Shown here one piece after another: positions 1 to 9,755 of a DNA stretch of 55,140 nt. The stretch is from IMG/VR virus record IMGVR_UViG_3300009488_000001, positions 1 through 55,140 of that record. One strand, 5' to 3'. Source of the DNA: a virus (Duplodnaviria > Caudoviricetes). How positions within the stretch are numbered: the stretch's first letter is position 1; every line of letters starts with the position of its first letter. The notes under the pieces are model-generated. The model saw nothing but the letters and a program-made list of their open reading frames with translations. It made no database searches and had not been told where the DNA came from. The position numbers and the translations under genes were made by a program.

Positions 1-123
1 AGAAGGAAAGAGCGAAGTAGAAAGAGCCGGGAATGTTGCCAGAACGTTAAAGAATTTAGCCAAAGAACTAAACATACCTATAATTGCATTAGCTCAGTTA
101 GTTAAAAATGCAGAACGAACATC
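1..123. repeat. Terminal direct repeat (copy 1); circular-assembly overlap
   Basis: 1-123 is identical to 55018-55140 and lies inside the DnaB ORF. Confidence 0.97.
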
Positions 124-484
124 ACCACCGCAAATAAAAGACATTTTATGGTCTGCCGAGATAGAGCAGGCATCCGATAATGTTATTTCATTATGGCAAC
201 CTGCCAGATGGCTACCTAATGGATCAACCTGGGAATATTCAGACTCATTACATTTTAACTTTGCAAATAGCGAAAACAGAGGTATTACATTTGTTTCATT
301 TCTTAAAGGGCGTAATATTGGATTAATAGAATTTCTATTAACGTTTAAACAAAATACTACAAAGTTTTTAGATTACATTGGGGATATGGTAGAAGAACAA
401 AATCAAGACATTGAAGATGTGGAGCCTGTTACGAATTTTTATGAAAAAGAAGAAAAGGAAGAAAACAAAACACCTCCATTCTAA
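2..484 (+). CDS. dnaB: Replicative DnaB-family helicase, C-terminal part (continues from 54008 across the junction)
   Basis: Frame from base 2 reads LKNLAKELNIPIIALAQL...SAEIEQASD...KGRN (DnaB H3/H4 motifs); stop TAA 482-484. Confidence 0.92.
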   Translation, partial: EGKSEVERAGNVARTLKNLAKELNIPIIALAQLVKNAERTSPPQIKDILWSAEIEQASDNVISLWQPARWLPNGSTWEYSDSLHFNFANSENRGITFVSFLKGRNIGLIEFLLTFKQNTTKFLDYIGDMVEEQNQDIEDVEPVTNFYEKEEKEENKTPPF

Positions 485-560
485 CAATAGAACCAGACAA
501 TAATTTTTACAAACAAACAGATATTAATGATGTGCCTTTTTAATAACTAAAAACAATATT

Positions 561-1094
561 ATGAAAACAAACGAAATCGCAGATATAATAATGAGGTCAT
601 TGCAAGAAAGAAATTTTATGATTTATGCTACCTCTATATCTGTTGATGGATTGGCTGAGATGGACGTTGTAGGGATAAATAGAAATGAATATACCTATGA
701 GTTTGAAATAAAAAGAAGCCGTTCTGATTTTAAGGCAGATTTCAAAAAAACATACAAGCATTATAAGCTACAAAATAAACTACACACAAAGAATTATAAC
801 AAATGGATTAAGGGCAAAAAAACAGACATAATCGAACGTTCAATACAGATACCAAATAGATTTTATTATGTGTGCGAAGAAGGGCTCATAAAATTAGATG
901 AAATCCCAAAATATGCAGGATTGATATATATAAAAAACAAACGGGATTATGTAGAAATAAAAAATGCTCCATTGTTGCACAGAGAGAAAGTTACGAAAGC
1001 CATGTACAAAGGGATTTCGGGAATATTTAGTCAAAGATTTGTTTATGGATGTAGTTACTTAAATTATATTAACAATCAAAAATTGAAATTATGA
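561..1094 (+). CDS. PD-(D/E)XK nuclease-fold protein, MmcB-like
   Basis: EMDVV...EFEIKRSRSDFKADF...PNRFYYV...GLI motif pattern. Confidence 0.55.
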   Translation: MKTNEIADIIMRSLQERNFMIYATSISVDGLAEMDVVGINRNEYTYEFEIKRSRSDFKADFKKTYKHYKLQNKLHTKNYNKWIKGKKTDIIERSIQIPNRFYYVCEEGLIKLDEIPKYAGLIYIKNKRDYVEIKNAPLLHREKVTKAMYKGISGIFSQRFVYGCSYLNYINNQKLKL

Positions 1095-1501
1095 AAAGAA
1101 ACATTTTATTTCGCGGTAAAAGAATTGATGGCCGCAATAATTGGGCTTATGGTTCATTAATAACCAATGGCGAAAAATGTTATCTTATTAATCCTGATAA
1201 TCTGGAAATAGGATGCAATAATACTATCGGCAATACATCAGTACAGCCAGTTATCCCCGAAACAGTCGGACAATTTACCGGATTAAAAGATAAAAATGGA
1301 GTTAACATATTTGAGGGGGATAAAATCAATGTTGGGGAAATATGGCACGGAGATATGGTGGAATCTTCATATATTGGTGTTGTTAGCTTTTGTGATGGCT
1401 GTTGGTGGGTAGCTGACAAGGAAGTAATTGGATCAGAATTAGATTCAATTAGTATCATAAATGGTAATATGAAAGTAATTGGGAACACATATACTAATTA
1501 A
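1091..1501 (+). CDS. YopX family protein
   Basis: ILFRGK start, ETVGQFTGLKDKNG..IFEGD, VIGN end. Confidence 0.9.
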   Translation: MKRNILFRGKRIDGRNNWAYGSLITNGEKCYLINPDNLEIGCNNTIGNTSVQPVIPETVGQFTGLKDKNGVNIFEGDKINVGEIWHGDMVESSYIGVVSFCDGCWWVADKEVIGSELDSISIINGNMKVIGNTYTN

Positions 1502-1507
1502 AAAGCC

Positions 1508-1984
1508 ATGACAGAACAACAATTTAACAACCAATTCTTCCGTAAAGGAATGAACGTAAAACTAAACAATGGCGAAATTAAGCCGATTATAGCCGTTGAT
1601 TTTGAAAATGGGGACATAGATATAGGTAATAACGTTTGGGTTCCTTATTCGAAGTGTGAGGTGTATTATGATGAACTTTTAGACTTGTTTAGAGATATCG
1701 TATGTACGTATTTCAATCTCGATATTGAGAAATTGAAAGTTAGATACAAAAAAGGCGATTACGCTCCTGCACGTACTTTAATTATGATATTAGCTATTGA
1801 TTGTAGAAAATATACTCAATTTCAAATAGCTCAATACTTAGGATTAAAGCAGCCATCTTCTATCTCGATTACAAACAGAACTTTAAGGGGGTATCATCAC
1901 ATTAAACATCATTTAAGAGAAATCAAAATTGAATACGGTCACCTAATTAAAAACATCGAAAAGTATAAATGTTTCAAAACCTGA
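1508..1984 (+). CDS. Protein with C-terminal DnaA domain IV-like helix-turn-helix
   Basis: IVCTYFNL...ARTLIMIL...TQFQIAQYLG..QPSSI resembles the DnaA C-terminal HTH. Confidence 0.55.
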   Translation: MTEQQFNNQFFRKGMNVKLNNGEIKPIIAVDFENGDIDIGNNVWVPYSKCEVYYDELLDLFRDIVCTYFNLDIEKLKVRYKKGDYAPARTLIMILAIDCRKYTQFQIAQYLGLKQPSSISITNRTLRGYHHIKHHLREIKIEYGHLIKNIEKYKCFKT

Positions 1985-2024
1985 TAAAAGTCATTGTTTT
2001 GTGTATTATTAATATTTAATTTTG
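1982..2024 (+). promoter_or_regulatory. FNR/CRP-like box plus -7 promoter element
   Basis: TGATAAAAGTCA (1982-1993), 23 bp, TAATTTTG (2017-2024). Confidence 0.7.
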
Positions 2025-2028
2025 AAAT

Positions 2029-2244
2029 ATGACAAGGACAAAAAAAATATACGGATTTCGATTAGGTGAAAATATTCCTAAATGGAAAGATAGACGCGGA
2101 AGAAATGGAGGTAAAATTATAAAATTTATTAGACTTAAACATTGTAATAAATTTCAATTACTTATTAGTAATGGAGATATTTTAACCAGCGAATATTTAT
2201 TGCAGGATGATTTTTATAGTCGCGGACTGGCAAATGAATATTAA
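2029..2244 (+). CDS. Hypothetical protein, possibly leaderless
   Basis: 71-aa ORF whose ATG sits at the predicted transcription start. Confidence 0.5.
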   Translation: MTRTKKIYGFRLGENIPKWKDRRGRNGGKIIKFIRLKHCNKFQLLISNGDILTSEYLLQDDFYSRGLANEY

Positions 2245-2246
2245 CC

Positions 2247-2289
2247 TGACAAAAGTCATATTTATTAACAAATGATATAGCGATATTTG
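2247..2289 (+). promoter_or_regulatory. FNR/CRP-like box plus -7 promoter element
   Basis: TGACAAAAGTCA (2247-2258), 23 bp, GATATTTG (2282-2289). Confidence 0.7.
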
Positions 2290-2311
2290 TATAAACTAAT
2301 AAATTGAAATT

Positions 2312-3337
2312 ATGAAAATTTACAAAAGCACAGACACAATTGAAAACTCAGCACTGATAACGTTGATTTACGGTGAGCCAGGGATAGGCAAAACCTCATT
2401 AAGCTATACGACTAACAAGCCGTTTTTATTCTCTTGCGAAGGTGGCGCAAATAGAGCCATTAGGAACGGGGATAGCGGAATGGTTGAACGGTTTGAGGAC
2501 ATATCTACCTTTTTAGATTCTGGACAATCTGACAATTACGACACTTTTGTACTCGATCCGGTAGATCATATATTAACAGTTCACGGCGCAGATTACGTGG
2601 GGCGAATGGATAAAAAAGCAGTAAGGCGTGGCGGTCAATTAACATTGCAGGGATACGGCGCATTAAAGAGCGCATTTGAGGCACTTGTAAACAAAATGCG
2701 AAGCAAAGGTAAAAACCTTGTACTGATTGCACACAGTAAGCAGATTACCAATAACGATGATACTATTAAGTATATTCCAAAGGTTACCGGGAGTAGCTAT
2801 GATATGTTAATGGAGATTTGCGATCTTGTTGGCTATATTAAAAGTGTCAACAATGAACGGACAATAGACTTTAATCCCTCGGATGAACATATAGGCAAAA
2901 ATACCGGGGAGCATAAAATATTAAAGATTCCGCACTACACGGATGATAGCTTCCAGATGTTTTTACAGGGCATTATTGACACTACCAATAACAAGATAAG
3001 CTCACTTTCAGAATTACAAAAGAAAACTATTGAGGCTATCAAAGTAGCTAAAAAAGAGGTTGACAGTATGGATTTCGAAGAGTTGCAAAAAGCAGGGTTT
3101 GACGAGTCGATATCTGTACAAATGAGCCTCTATAAAGATAAGCAGTTGGGGAATCATATTTTAGACATATTGGAGCAAAAAGAAGCGGCAGAAGATTTCA
3201 ATAATGCAATATCAAGTGTTTCTGGCTTGAAAAAACCATTTATAGGCGTATGGAGGGAAGTTCAAGAGATGGCAAAACGCAAATCCCTTACTTATGACAA
3301 GAATACTAAACAATTTAGTGATGTTATCAGTAAGTAA
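2312..3337 (+). CDS. AAA_24 / Sak4-like ssDNA-annealing ATPase
   Basis: Walker A YGEPGIGKTS, Walker B FVLDP, LVLIAHS, CDLVGY; next to an exonuclease gene. Confidence 0.8.
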   Translation: MKIYKSTDTIENSALITLIYGEPGIGKTSLSYTTNKPFLFSCEGGANRAIRNGDSGMVERFEDISTFLDSGQSDNYDTFVLDPVDHILTVHGADYVGRMDKKAVRRGGQLTLQGYGALKSAFEALVNKMRSKGKNLVLIAHSKQITNNDDTIKYIPKVTGSSYDMLMEICDLVGYIKSVNNERTIDFNPSDEHIGKNTGEHKILKIPHYTDDSFQMFLQGIIDTTNNKISSLSELQKKTIEAIKVAKKEVDSMDFEELQKAGFDESISVQMSLYKDKQLGNHILDILEQKEAAEDFNNAISSVSGLKKPFIGVWREVQEMAKRKSLTYDKNTKQFSDVISK

Positions 3338-3941
3338 AATAGAGAGTTATAGGATGTATAGGTCTCTGGATATAGATGTTGATGGGTGGGAGATATCTAT
3401 AGAAGACATTATCCAGAGACTAAGAGGACAAGATGACCATAGAACTGTCGAAGAGATAGATCGGATGCAGTTTGGGTCAGACTGTCACTATATACTTGAA
3501 ACTGGATGTATCCCTGAAGGATGGGGGGATTTATCTCCCGATGATAATAGGTCTTTTTATCTGAATGAGCTATTAAAAGATAGTGTGAACTACGATGATT
3601 GCATTAAGGAGGCCTATACAAATACGGATATATCTGGGATAACCGTTTCCCTTAAAATAGATGCCATTGATGGAATCATTGCATATGATCATAAATTCAG
3701 CGCAAAGCCACAAAAGAGAAGTAAGTTTGAGGATTCGATGCAATGGAGATTGTATTTATTGGCTACCGGACTAGACATATTTATTTATAACACATATCAT
3801 TATGGTAAGGATAGACAGAAAAGCCCGTACATAAGAAATAATAAATTTACTTTCAACTCTTATAATGGAATGAAAAATGATTGTGAATACTGGGTTTTCG
3901 AATGTGCCTCATTTATGAATTTACATGGAATAAAAACATAA
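3321..3941 (+). CDS. PD-(D/E)XK exonuclease, partner of the Sak4-like ATPase
   Basis: LSVSKI, FGSDCH, KIDAI...DHKFS, SMQWRLYL; start placed at ATG 3321. Confidence 0.7.
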   Translation: MLSVSKIESYRMYRSLDIDVDGWEISIEDIIQRLRGQDDHRTVEEIDRMQFGSDCHYILETGCIPEGWGDLSPDDNRSFYLNELLKDSVNYDDCIKEAYTNTDISGITVSLKIDAIDGIIAYDHKFSAKPQKRSKFEDSMQWRLYLLATGLDIFIYNTYHYGKDRQKSPYIRNNKFTFNSYNGMKNDCEYWVFECASFMNLHGIKT

Positions 3942-4052
3942 GGAGCAACCAAGGAAATTGATTTTTTACAGAACTTAAAAATAGCATAATTAAAATAATT
4001 ATTGTAACTTGTTAATTCATAATTAGATTTAGTTTATTAGGTAATAATTTAG

Positions 4053-4079
4053 AGGAGCCACGATGGTGGCTCCTTTTTT
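4053..4079 (+). terminator. Intrinsic terminator
   Basis: AGGAGCCAC-gatg-GTGGCTCCT followed by a T run. Confidence 0.8.
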
Positions 4080-4181
4080 GTGTTATAAAACATTTATTTG
4101 CATTTTTATGCGTTTTTATTTGGTGTTTAGCTTTTTTGTGCTTATCTTTAAATTATATTAATAATTTAAAACTTTGCAATT

Positions 4182-4490
4182 ATGAAAACTTCGACTTTCG
4201 AAAACAGAACAAAAGACATTAACAAATCAACAGTAGGGTATCAATTAGCCAAAACATTACTTTCTGGTGGCTCATATTTAAAAGGTAAGCCAATGGTAAG
4301 ACCTTGTTATACTTCTGGTCGTGGACGTTTCACGTCAAACCAAAATCATACGGTTGATACGATAATGTGTCTACAAATAGCTGGGCTAAAAAGAGATATT
4401 GATTTTAAATTAACAAACGATGCACCGAGAGGCAGCGCAACGGGCAACCTAATCACTTTAATCAATCGCAATAAAATGATAAAAAATTAA
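4182..4490 (+). CDS. Hypothetical phage protein
   Basis: 102-aa ORF after an AT-rich leader with a TATCTTTA -7-like element. Confidence 0.65.
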   Translation: MKTSTFENRTKDINKSTVGYQLAKTLLSGGSYLKGKPMVRPCYTSGRGRFTSNQNHTVDTIMCLQIAGLKRDIDFKLTNDAPRGSATGNLITLINRNKMIKN

Positions 4491-4561
4491 TCCTCCGAGT
4501 TCCTGCAAAGTCTCGCAGGATTTGCCGACCCGATACCTGCCAGAGGATCGGGTTTTGGTGG

Positions 4562-4662
4562 TATATAACATTGAGAATATGCGTTGACAGGGGAACGATT
4601 GACCCCTGAAAGTATGTGATAAACTTACAAGCCCTGTTTGCGCATATTTATTTTATAGGGCG
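4562..4662 (+). repeat. attC-like imperfect inverted repeat
   Basis: TATATAAC, arm GAATATGCGTTGACAGGG (4575-4592), arm CCCTGTTTGCGCATATTT (4632-4649), then TTTATAG (degenerate GTTRRRY). Confidence 0.45.
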
Positions 4663-4670
4663 TCTTTATC

Positions 4671-4874
4671 ATGGGAAATAACAGAATATTAACAAAACGA
4701 GAGATTAGGAACGAGTTATTTGGCATTCTATCTATGTGTGATGCTTTTTTAGAAGAAGGCAGCATGGTTGGAGGTAAACGAAAAGAAGAAATGATTAAGT
4801 ACTTGCCGAAGCAAATCGCATCACAAATAATGCAACTTCAAGACTTAATTGATGAATGTATTTTGGGTGGTTAA
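4671..4874 (+). CDS. Hypothetical protein (cassette-like)
   Basis: 67-aa ORF directly after the attC-like site. Confidence 0.55.
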   Translation: MGNNRILTKREIRNELFGILSMCDAFLEEGSMVGGKRKEEMIKYLPKQIASQIMQLQDLIDECILGG

Positions 4875-5092
4875 ATGCTCAATGATTGGTAAATAAAGCC
4901 ACCTCGCGCTGAAATAAACGTGGGGTTTTGGTAGTATGAAGCATTTACTAAAATGGAGGTCAATAAGCAAATTGCTAGCCGGTAATGCTACCTCAATAAG
5001 AAAAGAAGCAATACCTAACAAGTATCGATATAAACTAAATCGTTTATTCAGTCTTTTAGAGGCGTGGGATAAATGGCAAAAAACTGTTTGAT

Positions 5093-5350
5093 ATGGATTA
5101 TCAAAAAGAAACACCAAAAGAAATTATTGATATACTGGAAAGAGCAAAAGTAAAATATTTCGGAATAGACTATTATGCATTTCCAGAAACTTTTGCATCA
5201 ACAACAGGCCCTCATGGAGGTATTGGCGGCGCTTCAATATCAACCTTTACCGTAGAGGCTTATGTGTGTGATGGTGTTGGCCCGACAGTTTATGTGTGTG
5301 ATGGCAAATATAGGTTTACAAAAGGTAAATATAAATCACGTTGGCATTAA
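5093..5350 (+). CDS. Hypothetical phage protein
   Basis: 85-aa ORF with FPETFASTTGPHGGIGG motif, in a tightly packed operon. Confidence 0.6.
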   Translation: MDYQKETPKEIIDILERAKVKYFGIDYYAFPETFASTTGPHGGIGGASISTFTVEAYVCDGVGPTVYVCDGKYRFTKGKYKSRWH

Positions 5351-6025
5351 TTAATATGGACTTAACAAAAATAGACAATATTGAATTTGGAGAAGTTACA
5401 GAAAACGACTCCCCCGACTTCGCAGATGCTTTTATTTCAATCGCTGATTACAATGGCGAAGAAATGACAGAACCACAATTGAACGAGATAAACAAAAACA
5501 CAGAATTTGTGCATGAAAAGTTAATTGAACATTTATATTGATAATATGAAACCACAAGATTTAAAATTAGCCCAATTAAAGGCTATTCCATTAGAGGAAT
5601 ATAATAATAGTGGATGGCATAAAAAAGGAGGTACGATATGTGATATTATATATGAACGTGATTGCTACGAACCCACTTGTCATAAATGCATTTTAGATAC
5701 TCCCGATTCAGTAAAAGATCGTATTTCAGAATTAGAACAAAATAAAAATAAAAACCCATGAACTTTCACATAACCAAAATAGAATCAAACTATCTCTTCC
5801 ATACTCTTCAAATTCAGAGATTGAATAATATTGAGGAAGCTAAAAAAAGAATTGACGTTGCTCTTGATAATTGGATACATGAAGATATTATGGTTTTTGC
5901 CAGCCGCGAAGAATTAATGAGGGATGTTAAATTGGCTTATTTGATATATGCGGAGGCTGTTAGGGATTATGATTGTTAATGGCTTGGATATGGCGCATTG
6001 TCACACTAAATTAAATTGAAATATA

Positions 6026-6247
6026 ATGAATTGGATTAATAAATTATTTAGTAAAAAGAACGATAAACAGTGTAATATACACAATGTTGTACATAGCATT
6101 ACTTGCGGTGAACGTGATGAAAATGGATTTGCAGATACTTATGTGAATGGCAAAAAAACTAATGTGAAGCTATTACTTTGGAACAAAAAAGAAGTAGAAC
6201 GATTACAGAAAATAAGTGAAGAAATACACAATAAAAATAACGAGTAG
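6026..6247 (+). CDS. Hypothetical protein whose start lies inside an attC-like element
   Basis: 73-aa ORF; the element's right arm encodes QCNIHNVVHS. Confidence 0.55.
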   Translation: MNWINKLFSKKNDKQCNIHNVVHSITCGERDENGFADTYVNGKKTNVKLLLWNKKEVERLQKISEEIHNKNNE

Positions 6248-6314
6248 CATTACACACAATTAGTAAATAAACCACCATCTAAATGAGATACACCCTAAAA
6301 AATATAGTTGATAT

Positions 6315-6725
6315 ATGAAAATCTACGTTAAAAAAACAATCTCCGGTTTAGTTCCTGCATCAAGAAATGAATTTGATAAACTCCAGGATGCTAAATTAAA
6401 AATGGGTGAATTTTATGAAGTTGAAATTAAGAAAAAAAGAAACGTAAAATTTCACAGAAAGCTGTTCGCTCTTTTTAATATCTGCTTTGAGAATCAAGAA
6501 CAATTTGAAACATTGGAAGATTTAAGAGCATGGATAACTATTAAGGCCGGATATTATAAAGAAATTAAAACGCCTACCGGAGTCTTTTATATGCCAAAAT
6601 CTATTAGCTTTTCAAAGATGGATGATATAGAGTTTGAAGAGTATTATAACAAATGTATCATTGTTGTTATGAAATTTATTGGAGTTGAAAGAATGGAACT
6701 AATAGAAGAAATAAATCAATTTTGA
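6315..6725 (+). CDS. DUF1367 / NinB-like protein
   Basis: KKRNVKFHRKLFAL...R.WITIKAGY...PKSISFSKMDD.EF. Confidence 0.85.
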   Translation: MKIYVKKTISGLVPASRNEFDKLQDAKLKMGEFYEVEIKKKRNVKFHRKLFALFNICFENQEQFETLEDLRAWITIKAGYYKEIKTPTGVFYMPKSISFSKMDDIEFEEYYNKCIIVVMKFIGVERMELIEEINQF

Positions 6726-7728
6726 TATGGAAAACCTAAAGCAAATAATCATAAGAGGCATCAAAGCCCGGCGAAAACTAATCCAAAAGAAGTTATCAAA
6801 ATGTGACTTGCCAGGAATTGACCAATTAATGATTAATTTAGAATATTGCCTGAGTAAATCGGATTGTGATTATTCCGCTATGATAATTAAATTTGGTGAT
6901 GCTATTAAAAAGATGTTACCGCCAAACTTTCGCAAACGATATTTGAATGAGGTTAAACTTTTAAATTTATAGATATGGAATACGAAGTTTTTTATAATGA
7001 CGAGGTAATAGAAAGTATAGAATCCGATATAGGGATATTGATTGGAGATTTTGTGCATACAGACAGGGAAGGGTGTTTACAAATATCCAGTAGGGAATTT
7101 ATAAAACGTAAAATTACTAATGAATATAGCTGTTATGAATTTAAAATATATTGTAGATTGGTTTGTGAATAAATTTTATTTTATATATACAATGCTATAT
7201 GCTTTTAAAAATTTAGACAGACACAGTAAAATAGATGCTATATTTATGACACTGCTTGGATGTTGTTATTTATATATGTTTATTGAATTTTTAACTACAC
7301 TATAATTAACAAATAACGATTGTGAATTTTGTTTATATTTTAAATTTATAGATATGAAAACTTTTAAAACAAAATGTATAGATGTAACGGTAAGCATTAC
7401 CAATAAAGAACATTTTCTTACATTAAAACAAACGCCTGAAAACACCGGAATGTTTGGAAGCAAAATAGTGATTGAGCAATTTGAAAAATAGAAAGCGTTT
7501 TAAGCAAACGATATATTAAGCTGCCATTTAGAATTAGGATTCTTATTTAATTCTAATTAACAAAAGAACTTGAAATAAAATGAAACCAAGTAAATACAAA
7601 TGCGTCCGTTGCAATAAAATAGTAGAGCGATTAAGTAGTAATAAATGGATTAAAAGTTATTGCGAAAAGACAGGTAAAAATGTTAGACTTCAATTAATCG
7701 TAAATGAAACCTTCTAAATGTTCATATA

Positions 7729-8073
7729 ATGATAAAGCACAAAAAAATATATTGTGATTTCTTTGGATACACTGAAGCTGATTTCATTCCGTGTGAGTGC
7801 TGTAATATGGGTGTTATTACAGATGTTCACCATCTAAGCAAAAGGGGAATGGGAGGAAGCAAACATAAAGATATTATATATAATTTAGTAGGTGTTACCC
7901 GTGGATGCCATGTCATCATGGACAACAATTATGAACTAAATGAAAAATTAAGAATCAAGCACAAAAATCTTGTAGACAGTTTTGCGACAACTCATCCAAA
8001 ACAATTAGAAACATTTCTTAAAAAATATCCCAATGAAAGGAAAAACTTTGAATGGTTAAAACTACAAGAATAG
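7729..8073 (+). CDS. HNH nuclease-like protein
   Basis: CECC...DVHHL..RGMGGSK..D...NLV...R.CH. Confidence 0.75.
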   Translation: MIKHKKIYCDFFGYTEADFIPCECCNMGVITDVHHLSKRGMGGSKHKDIIYNLVGVTRGCHVIMDNNYELNEKLRIKHKNLVDSFATTHPKQLETFLKKYPNERKNFEWLKLQE

Positions 8074-8396
8074 AACTAAAAGGATTACCAAAAATAAGCC
8101 TTAACGAATGGTACGCCGGAACTCATTGGAATAAGCGAAAGACTACTAAGGATAATTATAAATGGATAGTAAAGAGCCAATTTAAAGGAGTCTTTCCAAA
8201 AACTAAACAATATGATTGTGAGTACTATTTTGAGTTCAGAATACGGCCCCTAGATGTCACAAACACGGTATCTATGATCAAGATGATTGAGGATATTATT
8301 TTTGAAGATGATAATTACAAAATTGTCAACTCAATAAGCATCAATTCACAAAAAGGAAAAGAAGATAAAGTAACAATTATAGTAAATGAATTATGA
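8052..8396 (+). CDS. RusA-like Holliday junction resolvase
   Basis: SLN..Y...HW..R...K; LDVTN...IKMIED....DD acidic pattern. Confidence 0.7.
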   Translation: MVKTTRIELKGLPKISLNEWYAGTHWNKRKTTKDNYKWIVKSQFKGVFPKTKQYDCEYYFEFRIRPLDVTNTVSMIKMIEDIIFEDDNYKIVNSISINSQKGKEDKVTIIVNEL

Positions 8397-8634
8397 AAAA
8401 CGAATACAGCGAATACGATTTAATTATTTACCCAGATGACCCGGACACTGTAATATTTAACAGATGAAAGACTTTTGTAAAAAACATAAACCCAGATCCA
8501 AAACAATGAGATACATTGAACATTCTAATTGGCTGGATAGGATGGATGCCCGAGGAAGTAAACAAACTCAATGCCCTAAATGTGAGCGGTGGCTGTTTCC
8601 TTGTGAAATTTAATTTGAAAATAATCCGGGAACC

Positions 8635-8677
8635 TGATAAATATCATATTTTTTATAAATTAGTAGTTGTAATTTAG
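8635..8677 (+). promoter_or_regulatory. FNR/CRP-like box plus -7 promoter element
   Basis: TGATAAATATCA (8635-8646), 23 bp, TAATTTAG (8670-8677). Confidence 0.6.
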
Positions 8678-8707
8678 TGGCATATTAATAATTAAAAATT
8701 TAGCGGT

Positions 8708-9082
8708 ATGAAAACTTTACAAATAACCGAAGGCTTTAAGGTAGAGGTAGACTCACGCATCGAAGATGTAGAAGCTAAATATATTGTGCCAACAAAAGAT
8801 AGGCCAGTATTTAAAGCGTGCTGTGATTATATTGGGAATATAGGTGGAATTTATAAGGATCATCTCGTGGGGAATTGCTGTAGCGACACCTTTGGATTAA
8901 ACTACAAAGACTCAATTAATGGATTACACGAATGGATTTTAGATAATAAAAGTATAATAGAAGAGTATCCTAAATGCAAATTTGATCTTTATTTAATTGA
9001 CGGCACTATTGAACACGAACAGGCAAAAGAAGTAAAAGTGTATTCGATTAGTGCAAGGAAAGCAAAAAAATTGTTATTATGA
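8708..9082 (+). CDS. Hypothetical protein
   Basis: 124-aa ORF downstream of a boxed promoter. Confidence 0.65.
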   Translation: MKTLQITEGFKVEVDSRIEDVEAKYIVPTKDRPVFKACCDYIGNIGGIYKDHLVGNCCSDTFGLNYKDSINGLHEWILDNKSIIEEYPKCKFDLYLIDGTIEHEQAKEVKVYSISARKAKKLLL

Positions 9083-9755
9083 AAAAATATAAACGATATG
9101 AATATTGGGAAGCACTGGTTATCGTGCGGTTATATCAATTATTTTGTTTTCCATATTACGAATATATGTGGTGGGATAAAAGATTGAAGTTAATTATAAC
9201 AGACGAAATATAATTAATCCGCAAGTTTCCGCTAAATTCTTGCGGATAGCCGGATGCTTTACGAGGTGTCCGTCTTTGTGGGTGAAGGACATTAATAACT
9301 TAAATTTATAATTATGGTACACAAAGGACAGCGAAGAGTAAAACCAACTATATGGAATAGTAATAACCGCAAATCTACACGAGGCAGAAGGCGACAATTT
9401 ATTCTATTGAATAACGGCAAAACAATAATGATACAACATTCTGCATGATATTGCTTTATAATCACATATTAGGAGTTATTGGATATATTGTCTCAATATT
9501 TACACTAGATACTACAAGGAAGGCAGTATTTGAAACTCCAAAAAAGATCCATATTTTCGGGGACAACCTTAAATATTGGATGCAGTATGATGATTATGAA
9601 TACATGCTGCCGGAAGCGGCTGCATAATACGCTTTGGATTCTAAAAAAATAAAAACATCCAAAGGAACCGTATAAGAAAACCCCACACTGAGATAAATGT
9701 GGGGTTTGTGGGTGAAAGATTGTTGGGAATGGGGTTTAATTAGATGTTTTGATAT

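Noticed and set aside
1-123. 123-bp terminal repeat as a physical genome end
   Set aside because: It falls in the middle of dnaB and is best explained as circular-assembly overlap.
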